Of a stretch of 64,000 nucleotides of DNA, positions 11,877 to 24,382 are shown one piece after another. The translations under genes were made by a program, and so were the position numbers. A model generated the notes under the pieces. The model had not been told where the DNA came from and did no database searches. It saw only the letters and a program-made list of their open reading frames with translations. The stretch's first letter is position 1, and each line of letters opens with the position of its first letter. Source of the DNA: Eledone cirrhosa (lineage: Eukaryota); the NCBI GenBank assembly GCA_964016885.1, contig OZ024764.1:2790001-2854000 (forward strand). The letters are read 5' to 3'.

Positions 11877-12067
11877 ATAATTGTTTCTACTTTTGACACA
11901 AGGCCAGCAATTACCCAGTACATTACTGGTACATTATTTTATCGACCCCATAAGGATGAAAGGCAAAGTTAACCTCGGCGGGATTTGAACTCAAACCTTA
12001 AAGGGCCGTAACTATGCTGAAAAGCATGGCGACCGACCCTCTACCGATACTGCCAATCCACCGCCCT

Positions 12068-12068
<1 letters not shown>
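11877..12068 (-). mobile_element. tRNA-derived SINE family 2
   Basis: Head GGGCGGTGGATTGGCAG...GAGTTCAAATCCC, body GCCTTTCATCCTTA(C/T)GGGGTCGATAAAATAA, end AAAAGTAGAAACAATTA; six copies or pieces in window. Confidence 0.85.
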
Positions 12069-12099
<31 letters not shown>

Positions 12100-12309
12100 A
12101 CCAAATATTAATATTGTTCATTCATTACTCAATGAATATAGTTTTACAATAGATTAAAAGCACTCTACAAGAAAATTTTTCTGGAGTTATTATTCAGAAT
12201 AACAATAAATGAAGACATTCACATAATCAAAATATACCTTCGAAATATATATAATAAAACATATATTTTGATTATGTGAATGTCTTGATTTATTATTATT
12301 CTGAATAAT

Positions 12310-12503
12310 ATAATTGTTTCTACTTTTGGCACAAGGCCAGCAATTACCCCAGTACATTACTGGTACTTTATTTTATCAACCTCGTAAGGATGAAAGGCAA
12401 AGTTAACCTCGGTGGGATTTGAACTCAGATCATAAAGGGAGGTAACTCTATACTGCAAAGCATGGCGTCCGACCCTCTACCGATACTGCCAATCCACCGC
12501 CCT
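12310..12503 (-). mobile_element. SINE family 2 copy
   Basis: Matches 11877-12068. Confidence 0.85.
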
Positions 12504-12661
12504 ACACAGATATGCATATGTGTGTGTGTGTGTGTGTGCGTGTGTGTGAGTGATGTCCGCTTTAACAAGTTTTCCTCGATGACTGAAAGAATTAAAATAA
12601 TTCAATAATCAAAGCTATCTATCAAATTAAAAATACAAGGAAATAATAGACCAAAATCTAC

Positions 12662-12785
12662 CTATATTTTCTTCAAAGTTCTGACTGCAGTTTTGCCGAA
12701 TCTGTTTGCAGCATTCCTGCACTATAGAAGTGCACCATCGCTGTGAGGTTGATAAGTGGACTGTTTCTTGACCAGATCGTAACAA
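12662..12785 (-). CDS. Candidate internal coding exon of an unidentified host gene
   Basis: Unique sequence bounded by TTTCTCAG| and AG|GTAGAT; 124-nt open frame LLRSGQETVHLSTSQRWCTSIVQECCKQIRQNCSQNFEENI. Confidence 0.35.
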
Positions 12786-12845
12786 CTGAGAAATTCTCAA
12801 TAGGTGGGGGGATACCTATCTATCTATCTATCTACCTATGAACCT

Positions 12846-14065
12846 ACCACCACCACCACCATTATCACCCACGCTAGCATGGGTTAGACGGTTTTGTTCC
12901 ATTTGATGCCGGAATGGTATGGAGATCGTATCTCGCTTGCACAGAAGTGTCTCAGGCAGGTTTTTTTTACAGCTGGATGCCCTTCCTAACACCAACCACA
13001 TTTACAGTGTGGACTGGGAGCCTTTTCACCGTGTCTCCTACATGACCACTTTACAGTGTGGACTGGGAGCCTTTTCACCGTGTCTCCTGCACGGCCACTT
13101 TACTGTGTGGAATGGGAGCCTTTTTACCGTGTCTCCTACATGACCACTTTACAGTGTGGACAGGGAGCCTTTTTACCGTGTCTCCTGCACGGCCACTTTA
13201 CTGTGTGGACTGGGAGCCTTTTTACCGTGTCTCCTACACGACCACTTTACAGTGTGGACTGGGAGCCTTTTTACCGTGTCTCCTACACTACCACTTTACA
13301 GTGTGGACTGGGAGCCTTTTTACCGTGTCTCCTACATAACCACTTTACAGTGTGGACTGGGAGCCTTTTTACCGTGTCTCCTACACGGCCACCTTACAGT
13401 GTGGACTGGGAGCCTTTTTACTGTGTCTCCTACACGACCACTTTACAGTGTGGACTGGGAGCCTTTTTACTGTGTCTCCTACATGACCACCTTACAGTGT
13501 GGACTGGGAGCCTTTTTACTGTGTCTCCTACATGACCACTTTACAGTGTGAACTGGGAGCCTTTTCACCGTGTCTCCTACATGACCACTTTACAGTGTGA
13601 ACTGGGAGCCTTTTTACTGTGTCTCCTACATGACCACTTTACAGTGTGAACTGGGAGCCTTTTCACCGTGTCTCCTACACAACCACTTTACAGTGTGGAC
13701 TGGGAGCCTTTTTACCGTGTCTCCTACATAACCACTTTACAGTGTGGACTGGGAGCCTTTTTACCGTGTCTCCTACACGGCCACCTTACAGTGTGGACTG
13801 GGAGCCTTTTTACCGTGTCTCCTACACGGCCACTTTACAGTGTGGACTGTTGTGTCATCGACACAGTGGATGGAACGGGAGAGGGAGGATGGGGTAGGGT
13901 GTGGCGGTGGGGTGTACATTGGGTTAAGAGGTGCCTACTGACTGTAGTTTGTATGCAATGGCAGTCGGGTCTTCTGTACAACTACATGGCACCAAAAGAC
14001 TCAATCCAGTGTCATTGTCTTAGAGGAGTGTAGGTGAGCAAGATCAGTTTTTATCACCTCATCCC

Positions 14066-14067
<2 letters not shown>
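12846..14067 (-). mobile_element. RTE LINE 3' end (long-UTR type) containing a 49-bp array
   Basis: Minus frame WDEVIKTDL...VVQKTR at 14067-13965, followed by UTR module GTTAGGAAGGGCATCCAGCTGT. Confidence 0.8.
13001..13848 (+). repeat. 49-bp minisatellite (about 17 copies)
   Basis: Unit TTACAGTGTGGACTGGGAGCCTTTTTACCGTGTCTCCTACACGACCACT. Confidence 0.95.
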
Positions 14068-14114
<47 letters not shown>

Positions 14115-14295
14115 ATATATTAATAAATGGAAACTATATTTATAAAACCATATTTATTTTATTATACATATTTCAAGGGCAACCAAGGCAAATTATGGTG
14201 CGCTTTCATCAGATAAAATACAGATTTGTTTTATAAATAAATATTGACATACCCGGAAAAAAGACAACCTTAACGGTTGGAGCTTCCTGGATATA

Positions 14296-14866
14296 TCATC
14301 ATCATCATCATTTAACGTCCATCTTCCACGCTTGCATGGGTTTGGATGTGAGTTTTCCCACTTGGGGCAAGAGTGGTTGTCTTGCTCATATAGGACTGTC
14401 TGGCAGGTTTTCTACGGCTGGATGCCCTTCCTAACACCAACCACGTTTACAGTGTGGACTGGGAGGTTTTTACCGTGTTACCTACACGGCCACATTACAG
14501 CGTGGACTGTGTGTTTTTTGTCGTGACACCTACACGGCCACATTACAGCGTGGACTGTGTGTTTTTTGTCGTGACACCTACACGGCCACATTACAGCGTG
14601 GACTGTGTGTTTTTTGTCGTGACACCTACACGGCCACATTACAGCGTGGACTGTGTGTTTTTTGTCGTGACACCTACACGGCCACATTACAGCGTGGACT
14701 GTGTTTTTTTGTCGTGACACCTACACGGCCACATTACAGCGTGGACTGTGTGTTTTTTGTCGTGACACCTACACGGCCACATTACAGCGTGGACTGTTTT
14801 TTTTTGTCGTGACACCTACACGGCCACATTACAGCGTGGACTGTGTGTTTTTTTGCCGTGACACCT
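14296..14866 (-). mobile_element. RTE 3' UTR fragment with a 48-bp array (14481-14866, about 8 copies)
   Basis: Matches 22488-22730; unit CCTACACGGCCACATTACAGCGTGGACTGTGTGTTTTTTGTCGTGACA. Confidence 0.85.
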
Positions 14867-15316
14867 ATATATATATATATATATATATAGTGCATGTTTC
14901 TCATCTTCTTTGACATGACATTTTAATTTTGTTAGTATTTGATGCTCCTAAACATTTTGTTAGTTGAGCTTTTACTGCTATTTCTAGCTGTCAATAAACC
15001 TATTCACACCACTGGCTTGACGGCGGGGTGCTGTGTATTTTACCAAACCACACATACTTTTCATCGTTATTCCCTGATTTGTTCTAAGGGTATAGTCACA
15101 GATAATTAAATCTTCTCCTATGCTGATGATCCCAGACTTGACATCCGTGATTCACAGATTAATGGTGAAATATATTTCTTTAAAGGAATATATACAAAGG
15201 GGATTAATCATTATTGCAAGGTAGCTATATTCTACATTTATATTCATAGTTCTCTTTAATTTTTAATATGTTACCGCCGTAACTATGTATGTTTACACTC
15301 TTTTCAAATTATCCCG

Positions 15317-15490
15317 AATTGGTAGAGGGTCGGACGCCATGCTTTCTAGCATAGTTACGTCCCTTTACGGTCTGAGTTCAAATCCCGTTGAGGTTAACTT
15401 TGCCTTTCATCCTTACGGGGTCGATAAAGTAAAGTACCAGTAATGCACTGGGGTAATTACTGGCCTTGTGCCAAAAGTAGAAACAATTTT
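15317..15490 (+). mobile_element. SINE family 2 copy (5'-truncated)
   Basis: Matches 48997-49185. Confidence 0.85.
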
Positions 15491-15491
15491 A

Positions 15492-15834
15492 TATCATCAT
15501 CATCATTTCATTTTACGTCCGCTTTTCCCTGCTTGCAAGGGTGGGACGGGAACTGATTCTGGCTTGATTTCTACAGCTGGATGCCCTTCCTAACACCAAC
15601 CTCATTTACAGTGAGTGCTGGGTGCTTTTTTGCCGTGGCACCTCCACGACCACTTTGCAGTGGAATAATAGGGACCCCAGTCCCTATCGTCTCATTTCTA
15701 CAGCTGAGTAAACTGGAGCAATGTGAAATAAAGTGTCTTGCTCAAGGACACAACACATCACCCGGTCTGAGAATTGAACTCACAACGTTTCGATTGCAAG
15801 GCCAATGCTCTAACCACTAAGCCATGTGCCTCCA

Positions 15835-15912
<78 letters not shown>

Positions 15913-16113
15913 TTTTTGCCGTGGCACCTCCACGACCACTTTGCAGTGGAATGATAGGGACCCCAGTCCCTATCATCTCATTTCTACAGCTGAGCGAACT
16001 GGAGCAATGTGAAATAAAGTGCCTTGCTCAAGCAAACAACACATCACCCAGTCTGAGAATTGAACTCACAACCTTTCGATTGCAAGGCCAACGCTCTAAC
16101 CACTAAGCCATGT
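15492..16113 (-). mobile_element. CORE-type SINE (15492-15833) plus partial second copy (15908-16113) separated by (TG)n
   Basis: Matches 6455-6793. Confidence 0.88.
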
Positions 16114-17026
16114 ATATATAGTTTACAAAACCTCAAAACCACATTAATTCCTTTACATTCTCATAAACTTTTAAGACTTAGCTGCCTAAAATAACACATC
16201 CTATAGAGAGGTTGTCATGCATGAACGACATCTGTACCTGATCAGCATAATTTACCATCCTGACCAGAATGATGCTGAATTCTTGGTCGCCTGCCCCAGG
16301 GATTTGACCAAACACGATTAAGCAAAATAAAAATGACAATGTCCCATTTGCCTTCAACACTGCAGGTGTTTATTCAGGAGTTTCCCTCTCTTAGAGAAGT
16401 GTTGTTACAACAGCTAAGGGGGTATCTTACTCCCAATGGGCTATCTGCATGCCTGGACACCAACCCAGGTATTTCCTGTCCCCTCGCATATATATACATG
16501 ATGGCTGCCCTGTCGTTATCGAGTATGGCCATTGTTAATAATAATTGTTAATAATTATCAATTAATTCTATCGTGCAATGCCTGTGCGTGAAGATATGTT
16601 TTAAAGTGAGGAAAGACTGTGCACTGAGCCAATCCCACTCTCTGAGAGACAGTAGCTATAACCTGAAAAGAAGAAAAGATCAACATCATCTGTAACTACT
16701 GAGTCGCAGGTTTTATATGGGAGTTATCCCAGTTTCCTGAGTTGCCTTCTCTTAGAAGAAGGCCCTGACAAAGGCTAGGGGTCCTTCACTCCCAGTGGTT
16801 TAACTGTGTGATCGGGTATCCAGCCCGACTATGTCCCCGCACATATACATACACATGTACCCATGTATATACACACATATGTACATGTGTATATACATAT
16901 TTACACATTTTGGGATGGGCGTTGACTCTTATGAGTTCTTCGGCCCTTTATCAGGTTTTGTTTTTGTGTCTGAAATCACCCTCCTCATCAAGTAAACACT
17001 TCCAAACGGTTGGTGTATCCCAAAAC

Positions 17027-17061
<35 letters not shown>

Positions 17062-17469
17062 GTGGGAAAGTGAAAAATCGGAGAATAGACCGTTAAAACA
17101 TGTTTATTTAAAATATCACCTACGTACGTTTCGCCCAGTTGGGCTTCTCAAGGGCATAAACAATCACAAGTGTTCCTTATATAGTTCGGAAAGAGTTTTG
17201 GGGGTTAAATCCACATCAAGATTCATTGCTCGCAAAAATATCTTGTTTTGATTTTGCAGCAGGTCAAGGGAGGTAACTCTGGCCGGTGTTAGGGCAGTCT
17301 TTCCCGGATAATTTTTTTTTTTTTTCCCGTTTGTCTGAGGCTGGGTCTGGTATGCAAGGATTGTTTTCTGGGTGTTATTTTGCTGCGCCTGCCCGCCGGG
17401 GTGTTAAGACTTGTTGCAGGGAGATCCAGTGTACTATTTCACTCTTCATTCTTAACCCATCTAAAGAAG

Positions 17470-19350
17470 GATATTTTTAAGCGATGTGTACAACTTATCG
17501 CTGTTTCAGCTCTGCTGTTGATGAGCTCGTGGGGTGCAGTTATGATGTGGTAGAGCTCCATGAGGCAAAGATCGCATTTCCTCTTGAAGTTGTACGGTGC
17601 AGCCCTGCCGACAATCTCCCAATGCGTGGAGAAGCTAATGTTTAAGTCCTTTAGTGATGTGATGTAGTCCGCGAGCGAGGTGGAGTGCCTTAGTTTTCTA
17701 TTTGTGAAAGAGTGGAGATGTGTTCAAAACCTAATTTTGAACGGGCCGGAGGTGGCCCCTATATAATGTTTAACGCTATTGTGGCTAGTAATAGTGCATC
17801 TATATATAACCCTATCGGTCAAGCAGTATCCTCTAAGGGGGCATCGTCCTCTGTCGCGGCAGTTGCAATTTCTGTCGCGGTTCCGTCTATTTCCCACGAT
17901 AAGGCTATCATTGTTGCTGCCTACGTTGCTAGCTGCGCTACCGCAGCTGTCGTCAGCACTATTACAACCCACAGCACGCGGGATGGTGCGATTGTTATTC
18001 CGCACGCCATGTTCTGCATGCTCCCCAGTCACTTCGCGGTCATTCTGGTTGCGTCTGCGGATGCCGTTGCCAACACTATTGGATGCTGTCAGGGAGTTGT
18101 TAAGGCCGATACAGTTATTGTCAGGTGTAGGTGCGTCTGCGTCGAGGTGCTGTGTCTTGGTGATCTTACTGTGGTTCGTTGTTCCTATGATGTCTGCTAG
18201 GTTAGGAGTAGTAGAGAAGGATATTTTTATATTGTTCCTATTAAGAATTTTTCTATACCTATGGTTGGGTGGGAAGTTCTTCTCTAAGGCTTCGAAGAAT
18301 ATCCGGGGTATGTTGGAGGCCACACTTCGAGAGTAGGGGGGTGGGTGGAACCATAGGACGTTACGGTGGCGATTACGTGTCCTTGTACTTTTGCTACGGG
18401 TGGTTCCATCTAAGTGATCGCTCTTATGTGTGTTAATGCGCTGTCGCCCGTTCGGTGCCCCTTTCACTTTATGCTCGGGTGCACTCTTTCTACCTCTTCC
18501 ATGTTTATGTACACGAAGATGTTGGTTGGAAGGCGTTGGTAGTAGGCCGTCGCCTTTGTTGGTTTTGTAATAGGGGAATAGTTTGAGTAATCTACAGTAT
18601 TCACCGTCGCCGGGGACGTGATCTTTGGTGCGGTTATCTATTCTATTATATCCGACTTTAACGAGGTCGCCGCGTGATCGGTTATAGGTATGGCTTACTA
18701 TAACGTTAGTTTTATGAGGGGGGTGGTTTCTAGAGCTAGCGTTAGGGATGTAGGAAATTCCTCGGTTAAAGCCGGCGCTTATCAGGGCCCTATTGTAGTA
18801 ATCTGCCGCTTGGTTGAAGATATCCTCATTGGCGGATAGCCTCGAGATTCTATGTGAGATACTATAGACTATGGAGTTGAGAGTCTGCTTAGGGTGGTTG
18901 GAGGCATAATTAATATAAGAGAGGCACTCTCCAGGCTTATGGTATGGCTTGTATAAGCCCGTACTCAACTCCAGGGTCACGTCCAGGAAGTTGACAACCC
19001 TGTGGTTGAGGTCCATAGTTACGGATAGGCCGTATGACTTAAAGAACCTGTGTATATGTTTGTTAAGGTTCTCTATCCTACGGGGGCTATGGTTCCTAAC
19101 GGTAAACAGGGCGTCGTCCCTATATACACCTCCTTGTAGGGCCGGTATTTCTTCCCTAAGCTTATGTAGGAGGTATATCCCAACCAGGTCAGTTGCTTGC
19201 GCTGAGTCGCTAGACCCCATCGTGACATCGAAGTTATCAGGACGGTTGGTTCTGGTCCAGTGGGAGCCTTCGAACTGGATAATGGTTCTACGTGCCGCTA
19301 GAATTATGTCTATTTCTTTTTTGGTGAGGCTAGTGTTAGATCTATGTTTC
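17470..19350 (-). pseudogene. Penelope-like reverse transcriptase + C-terminal GIY-YIG endonuclease (5'-truncated, one in-frame TGA at 17724-17726)
   Basis: FDVTMGSSDSAQ, YRDDAL, VNFLDVTL, YINYASNHP, WFHPPPYS, CNC...CPLRGYCL..VIYRC, YIGATSGPFKIRF. Frame continues after TGA as THLHSF...STSLADYI...CDLCLME...CTHR. Confidence 0.9.
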
Positions 19351-19354
19351 AAAA

Positions 19355-19820
19355 CATACCGAAACCCACCGCACAACACCTTACTGGACTTATTTTAAGA
19401 GGACCTGCTGAAAATGATCAAAAACGTTAAGCTCAGAAAGAAACACCAATGCAGCAATCCATTCTTAACGTCCCTTGATACTCTAATAACTAAGATCAAG
19501 AATGACCCGCACCTCTTCGTCACCTCCGACAAAACCAAAAAGCTGTACAAGATGGACGCGAGTGAGTATAAAAAAATTCATCTATAAGGAACTACACAAA
19601 GACTACAAAAAGACACCCTCTAGTACCCTGACATAAATAGAGTAGGGAAGGATATAGACACCAGCTTAGAAATAGAAAAGTACACTAACCCGTACGTCCC
19701 TCTGACGCCTAAATTCTCTCTTAAGGATCACAAATATGACTTTAATGAAATCCCCTCTATTAGACTTATATGCCCCTCTACATCAGATATAGGTAAGATT
19801 AGTAAAGTGATCCTTGACGG
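19355..19820 (+). pseudogene. N-terminal part of the Penelope-like ORF in opposite orientation (frameshifted)
   Basis: EDLLKMIKNVKLRK...FVTSDKTKKLYKM...YKK...LKDHKYDF..PSIRLICPSTSDIGKISKVILD (DKG-like motif and RT motifs 1-2). Confidence 0.8.
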
Positions 19821-19822
19821 GG

Positions 19823-19860
<38 letters not shown>

Positions 19861-20013
19861 ATCCGGGAAAGACTGCCCTAACACCGGCCAGAGTTACCTC
19901 CCTTGACCTGCTGCAAAATCAAAACAAGATATTTTTACGAGCAATGAATCTTGATGTGGATTTAACCCCCAAAACTCTTTCCGAACTATATAAGGAACAC
20001 TTGTGATTATTTA

Positions 20014-20056
20014 TGCCCTTGAGAAGCCCAACTGGGCGAAACGTACGTAGGTGATA
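20014..20056 (+). ncRNA. Hammerhead-like motif (U3-A8 variant) in Penelope pseudo-LTR; mirror copy at about 17115-17157 (-)
   Basis: TTGAGAA-GCCCA ac TGGGC-GAAAC gtac GTA; palindromic stem III; stem I weak. Confidence 0.6.
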
Positions 20057-20486
20057 TTTTAAATAAACATGTTTTAACGGTCTATTCTCCGATTTTTCAC
20101 TTTCCCACGTGCTTACGCTCTGCTAACTCTCTAGCCCACTAAATATTAACACTTCGAATATTTAATACTGCCGGCACTAGTATCGAGCACCTTTGGCATA
20201 CGCTACTTGGCAAATAACTATATGTATCACCTATCCCTCCTTTTTCTCTCTTTCTCGATACGTAAATACTATATATATATATATATATATACTAGTGTAT
20301 CCTGTTGTACCAGCTGGTTTCCGTTATTTAAATGCTTTCGTCATCAATGTGACCTCCACCCATAACGGATTTGCTTTAGGATGTAAACAGAAACTCGGTC
20401 AACAATCTTTACAGTTTTATACAACGTTACAAATTGTTTATAATTCTTATGGAATAAACATATAAACACAAATAATATATACAGTT

Positions 20487-20518
<32 letters not shown>

Positions 20519-20522
<4 letters not shown>

Positions 20523-20858
20523 TCATCATCTCATTTTACGTCCACTTTTCCCTGCTTGCAAGGATGGGACGGGAACTGATTCTGGCTTGATTTCTACAGC
20601 TGGATGCCCTTCCTAACATCAAGCTCATTTACAGTGAGTGCTGGGTGCTTTTTTTTTCCGTGGCGCCTACACGACCACTTTACAGTGGAATGATAGGGAC
20701 CCCAGTCCCTATCATCTCATTTCTACAGCTGAGTAAACTGGAGCAATGTGAAATAAAGTGTCTTGCTCAAGGAAACAACACATCACCCGGTCTGAGAATT
20801 GAACTCACAACCTTTCGATTGCAAGGCCAATGCTCTAACCACTAAGCCATGTGCCTCC
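20519..20858 (-). mobile_element. CORE-type SINE copy
   Basis: Matches 6455-6793. Confidence 0.88.
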
Positions 20859-21032
20859 ATCTATATATGCAAAGGTTCTATTTAAATTGTTGGGATACAA
20901 CAAGCAAATATTTTTATAACTGATATAAAGCACTCAACAAGTATTTGGAGTAAATATCCTGATGTCTTCCAAAAGTAACGGTTGCATTTTGAAAGGGTAT
21001 GTTAAAATGTATTTATAAAACTGGTATATATT

Positions 21033-21099
21033 GTATTTTGTCTGATGAAAGCATACCATAATTTAACATGGTATCCTTGAAATATGTATAATAAAATAG
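21033..21099 (+). ncRNA. Type I hammerhead ribozyme motif, AT-rich family
   Basis: TATTTTGT-CTGATGA-AAGCATACC..GGTATCCTT-GAAA-TATGTATA-ATAAAATA. Confidence 0.7.
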
Positions 21100-21136
21100 A
21101 TATAGTTCTATAAATATAGTTTCCATTTGTTAATAT

Positions 21137-21184
<48 letters not shown>

Positions 21185-21263
21185 TGAGATTCTACAGGAC
21201 TAGAACTGTTTCATTCTTTAGAAATCATCAAGAATCTGGGTATCTGGGTATTTTTTGATACCC

Positions 21264-21314
21264 AGATTCCTGATGATGTCTAAAGAATGAAACAGTTCTA
21301 GTCCTGTAGAATCT
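21264..21314 (+). ncRNA. Type I hammerhead ribozyme motif (family A) inside fold-back 21178-21323
   Basis: AGATTC-CTGATGA-stem II-GAAACAG ttctagtc CTGTA-GAATCT; stem I AGATTC/GAATCT; GUA cleavage triplet. Confidence 0.7.
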
Positions 21315-22127
21315 CATCTATATTAAAATTTTTTTTTACTCTGCTATGTATTGAGTACCTTACTTACTGTGGTTACCTCCGATTCAACCCGGAATAACGT
21401 ATATATATATATATATATATTAATGTGGTCTACCCTTCATGGTAGGGTCTGTTTTGTAGACAGAACTCAATGAAATCTATAGAAAGGTTTTGTGTTCCGC
21501 TGAGTTAATTCCTTCGATACAGAGTCAGATATTTGGTATGAATTTAACAATGAAAATAATAACAACAAAGCCAGGTTATTTTACCTATTATGTGAAATAA
21601 CTTGACTTTGTTGTTGTTATTTTCAATGTTGCTGGCCTTGTGCCAAAAGTAGAAACAATTATTTTCAATGTTAAATTAATATCTCCCTCTCTATAACACA
21701 CACACACACACACACACATAACACACACAACACACACACACACATATATACAATATATTAACAAATGGAAACTATATTTATAAAACCATATTTATTTTAT
21801 TATACATATTTCAAGGGCCACCAAGGCAAATTATGGTGCGCTTTCATCAGATAAAATACAATACAGATTTGTTTTATAAATAAATATTGACATACCCTGA
21901 AAAAAAGACAACCTTAACGGTTGGAGCTTCCTGGATAGTGGGGATATTACATTTATTGAGGGTGATAGAAAGTTATGAGTGAGTATGCAAATGAGTGTCC
22001 GAAAGGTTGAAAAGATAACGGTTTATTTAAATTAAATTATATATATATACAAATGGAAGTACAGCATAATCAAAGCTCTGGCTGCAGCTAAGCTAACGAA
22101 TGCAATCGGAATGTGCAACTCAGCACT

Positions 22128-22410
22128 CATCATCATCATCATCATCACCGTTTTAAGTCCGTTCTTCCACGCTAGCATGGGTTAGACGGGTTGTCCTGTT
22201 GTGGGCAGTGTCTGGTCGGCTGACCATGCCTTGCTCATACAGGAACCGATACTGGCTTGGTTTCTACAGCTGGATGCCCTTCCTAACACCAACCTCATTT
22301 ACAGTGTGGGCTGGGTGCTTCTTTGCCATGGCACCTCCACGACCACCTTGCAGTGGGGGAGTATGGGGGCATATTGTCTATATGCTTCAGCTTGTACCCA
22401 TGTACCCATG
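22128..22410 (-). mobile_element. RTE 3' UTR fragment (family II)
   Basis: Reverse complement of 55937-56250. Confidence 0.85.
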
Positions 22411-22487
22411 TACCCAATAAGGTATTTTACCTTAGACTAATAACATTACGTCTAGACAGCTTTGCAAATTGAGAATATATATATATA

Positions 22488-23064
22488 TCATCATCATCGT
22501 TTAACGTCCATATTCCACGCTTGCATGGGTTTGGACGGGAGTTTTCCCACTTGAGGAAAGAGTGGTTGTCTTGCTCGTATAGGACTGTCTGGCGGGTTAT
22601 CTACGGCTGGATGCCTTTCTTAACAACAGCCACGTTTACAGTGTGGGGCTGGGAGGTTTTTACCGTGTTACCTACACGGCCACATTACAGCGTGGACTGT
22701 GTGTTTTTTTGTCGTGACACCTACACGACCTCGTTTGTTTAGGGCTGGATGTTGTGGTACCAACATAACTTTACATTTAAGGGGGTGGTGTGGATGGGGT
22801 GGGGGTGGTGGGACGGGGGTGTATTTTGTTAGAGGTGCCTACTGACTGTAGTAGGTTTTACTTTGTACTTAGGTAAGGCGGGTCTTCTGTATTACTGTGT
22901 AGCGGTCCAGTGACAGTGTCTTGGAGAAGTGTAAGTGTGTGAGGTCGGAATTTATCAAGTCGTCCCAGGTTTTTCTGGGTCTGCCTACTCCGTGGCTACC
23001 GTCTATTTTTATTGCCCTGCACTTTTTTATACAGCTGTCGTCTTTCATGCGCATCACGTGACCG
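22488..23064 (-). mobile_element. RTE LINE 3' end
   Basis: YGHVMRMKDDSCIKKCR...GRPRKTW, then UTR and (GAT)n. Confidence 0.9.
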
Positions 23065-23169
23065 TATATATATATATATATATATATATATAACGAAGGA
23101 AATGTGGTAAGGAACCAGGTGGACCATAACGCACCAAAGTACTCAATACTTAGGGTAGTAGAGTGGGTA

Positions 23170-23297
23170 ATAGGAACGAGTAGGACCCCGACAGCTGAGC
23201 TCAAGCCGTTTCGACGGCTAATTCTGGACTCAATCAGTCCAGAATTAGCCGTCGAAACGGCTTGAGCTCAGCCGTCGGGGTCCTACTCGTTCCTATA
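23170..23297. repeat. Near-perfect 60-bp-arm fold-back with hammerhead 3' half (family B)
   Basis: Arms about CAATC; contains GAAAC GGC TTGAGCTCA GCC GTC. Relatives near 25675-25840, 48605-48740 and 49247-49450. Confidence 0.8.
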
Positions 23298-23558
23298 TAT
23301 ATATATATATATATAACGGAGGGATTGTAACGTCAAGTTTCTCCTGAGTCAGGCCCGATCGATACAGATCGAACCGTGAGCTGATCAATCGCGAAACGCG
23401 CGTCGCACCTCAATAAACGTAATGAAAATTTAACACCTTGTCTATAGATATATATATATATATATAAGCAAAGGGATATTTAATTTGTTGGTAATTCAAC
23501 AAATATATATATTTATAACTGATTCGAAGCACTCAACAGATTTTCTGGAGTATAATAT

Positions 23559-23908
23559 CAATGATATTAATATATGGAAACTATATTTATAAAACCATAT
23601 TTATTCTATTATATATATTTCAAGGGTACCAAAATTTTGGTACGCTCTCATCAGATAAAATACAAACTTTGTTTTATAAATATTGACATATCCAGGAACG
23701 TGAGCTTCACGGTTCAAGTTTTTCCTTTATAGTCTATCCAGGAAAAACTTGAACCATTAAGATCTCATTCCTGGATATGTCAATATTTATAAAACAAAGT
23801 TGGTATTTTATCTGATGAGAGCGTACCAAAATGTTGGTACCCTTGAAATATATATAATAGAATAAATATGGTTTTATAAATATAGTTTCCATTTATTAAT
23901 AATATCAT

Positions 23909-23911
<3 letters not shown>
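23559..23911. repeat. Fold-back of AT-family hammerhead element (core CTGATGA at 23812)
   Basis: About 170-bp arms; GAGCGTACCAA/TTGGTACCCTT stem II followed by GAAA. Confidence 0.85.
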
Positions 23912-23944
<33 letters not shown>

Positions 23945-24033
23945 GTTATATTTAAATTGTTGGGATACAACAAGCAAATATTTTTATAACTGATATAAAG
24001 CACTCAACAAATTATTGGAGTAAAAATACGATA

Positions 24034-24382
24034 TATTACCAAATGGAAACTATATTTATAAAACCACATTTATTTCATTATACATATTTCAAGGACACCA
24101 AGTTAAATTATGGTGTGCTTTCATCAGATAAAATATAATATAGATCAGTTTTATAAATAAATATTGACATACCCTTAAAGAATGCGACCATTACTGTTAG
24201 ACTATCCGGGAGCTTCCAACAGAAATGGTCGCATTCTTTAAGGGTATGTCAATATTTATTTATAAAACTGATCTATATTATATTTTATCTGATGAAAGCA
24301 CACCATAATTTTACGTGGTGTCCTTGAAATATGTATAATGAAATAAATATGGTTTTATAAATATAGTTTCCATTTGTTAATC
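24034..24382. repeat. Second fold-back of AT-family hammerhead element (core CTGATGA at 24289)
   Basis: About 165-bp arms; AAGCACACCA/TGGTGTCCTT stem II followed by GAAA. Confidence 0.85.

Larger units (their letters stand above)
17060..20270. mobile_element. Penelope-like retroelement, inverted/rearranged insertion flanked by (TA)n
   Basis: About 270-bp inverted terminal copies (17060-17330 vs 19817-20110); RT and GIY-YIG on minus strand; N-terminal part on plus strand. Confidence 0.9.

Noticed and set aside
15095-15150. IFSYADDPRL motif
   Set aside because: Probably a very old LINE RT relic, but too short and degenerate to delimit.
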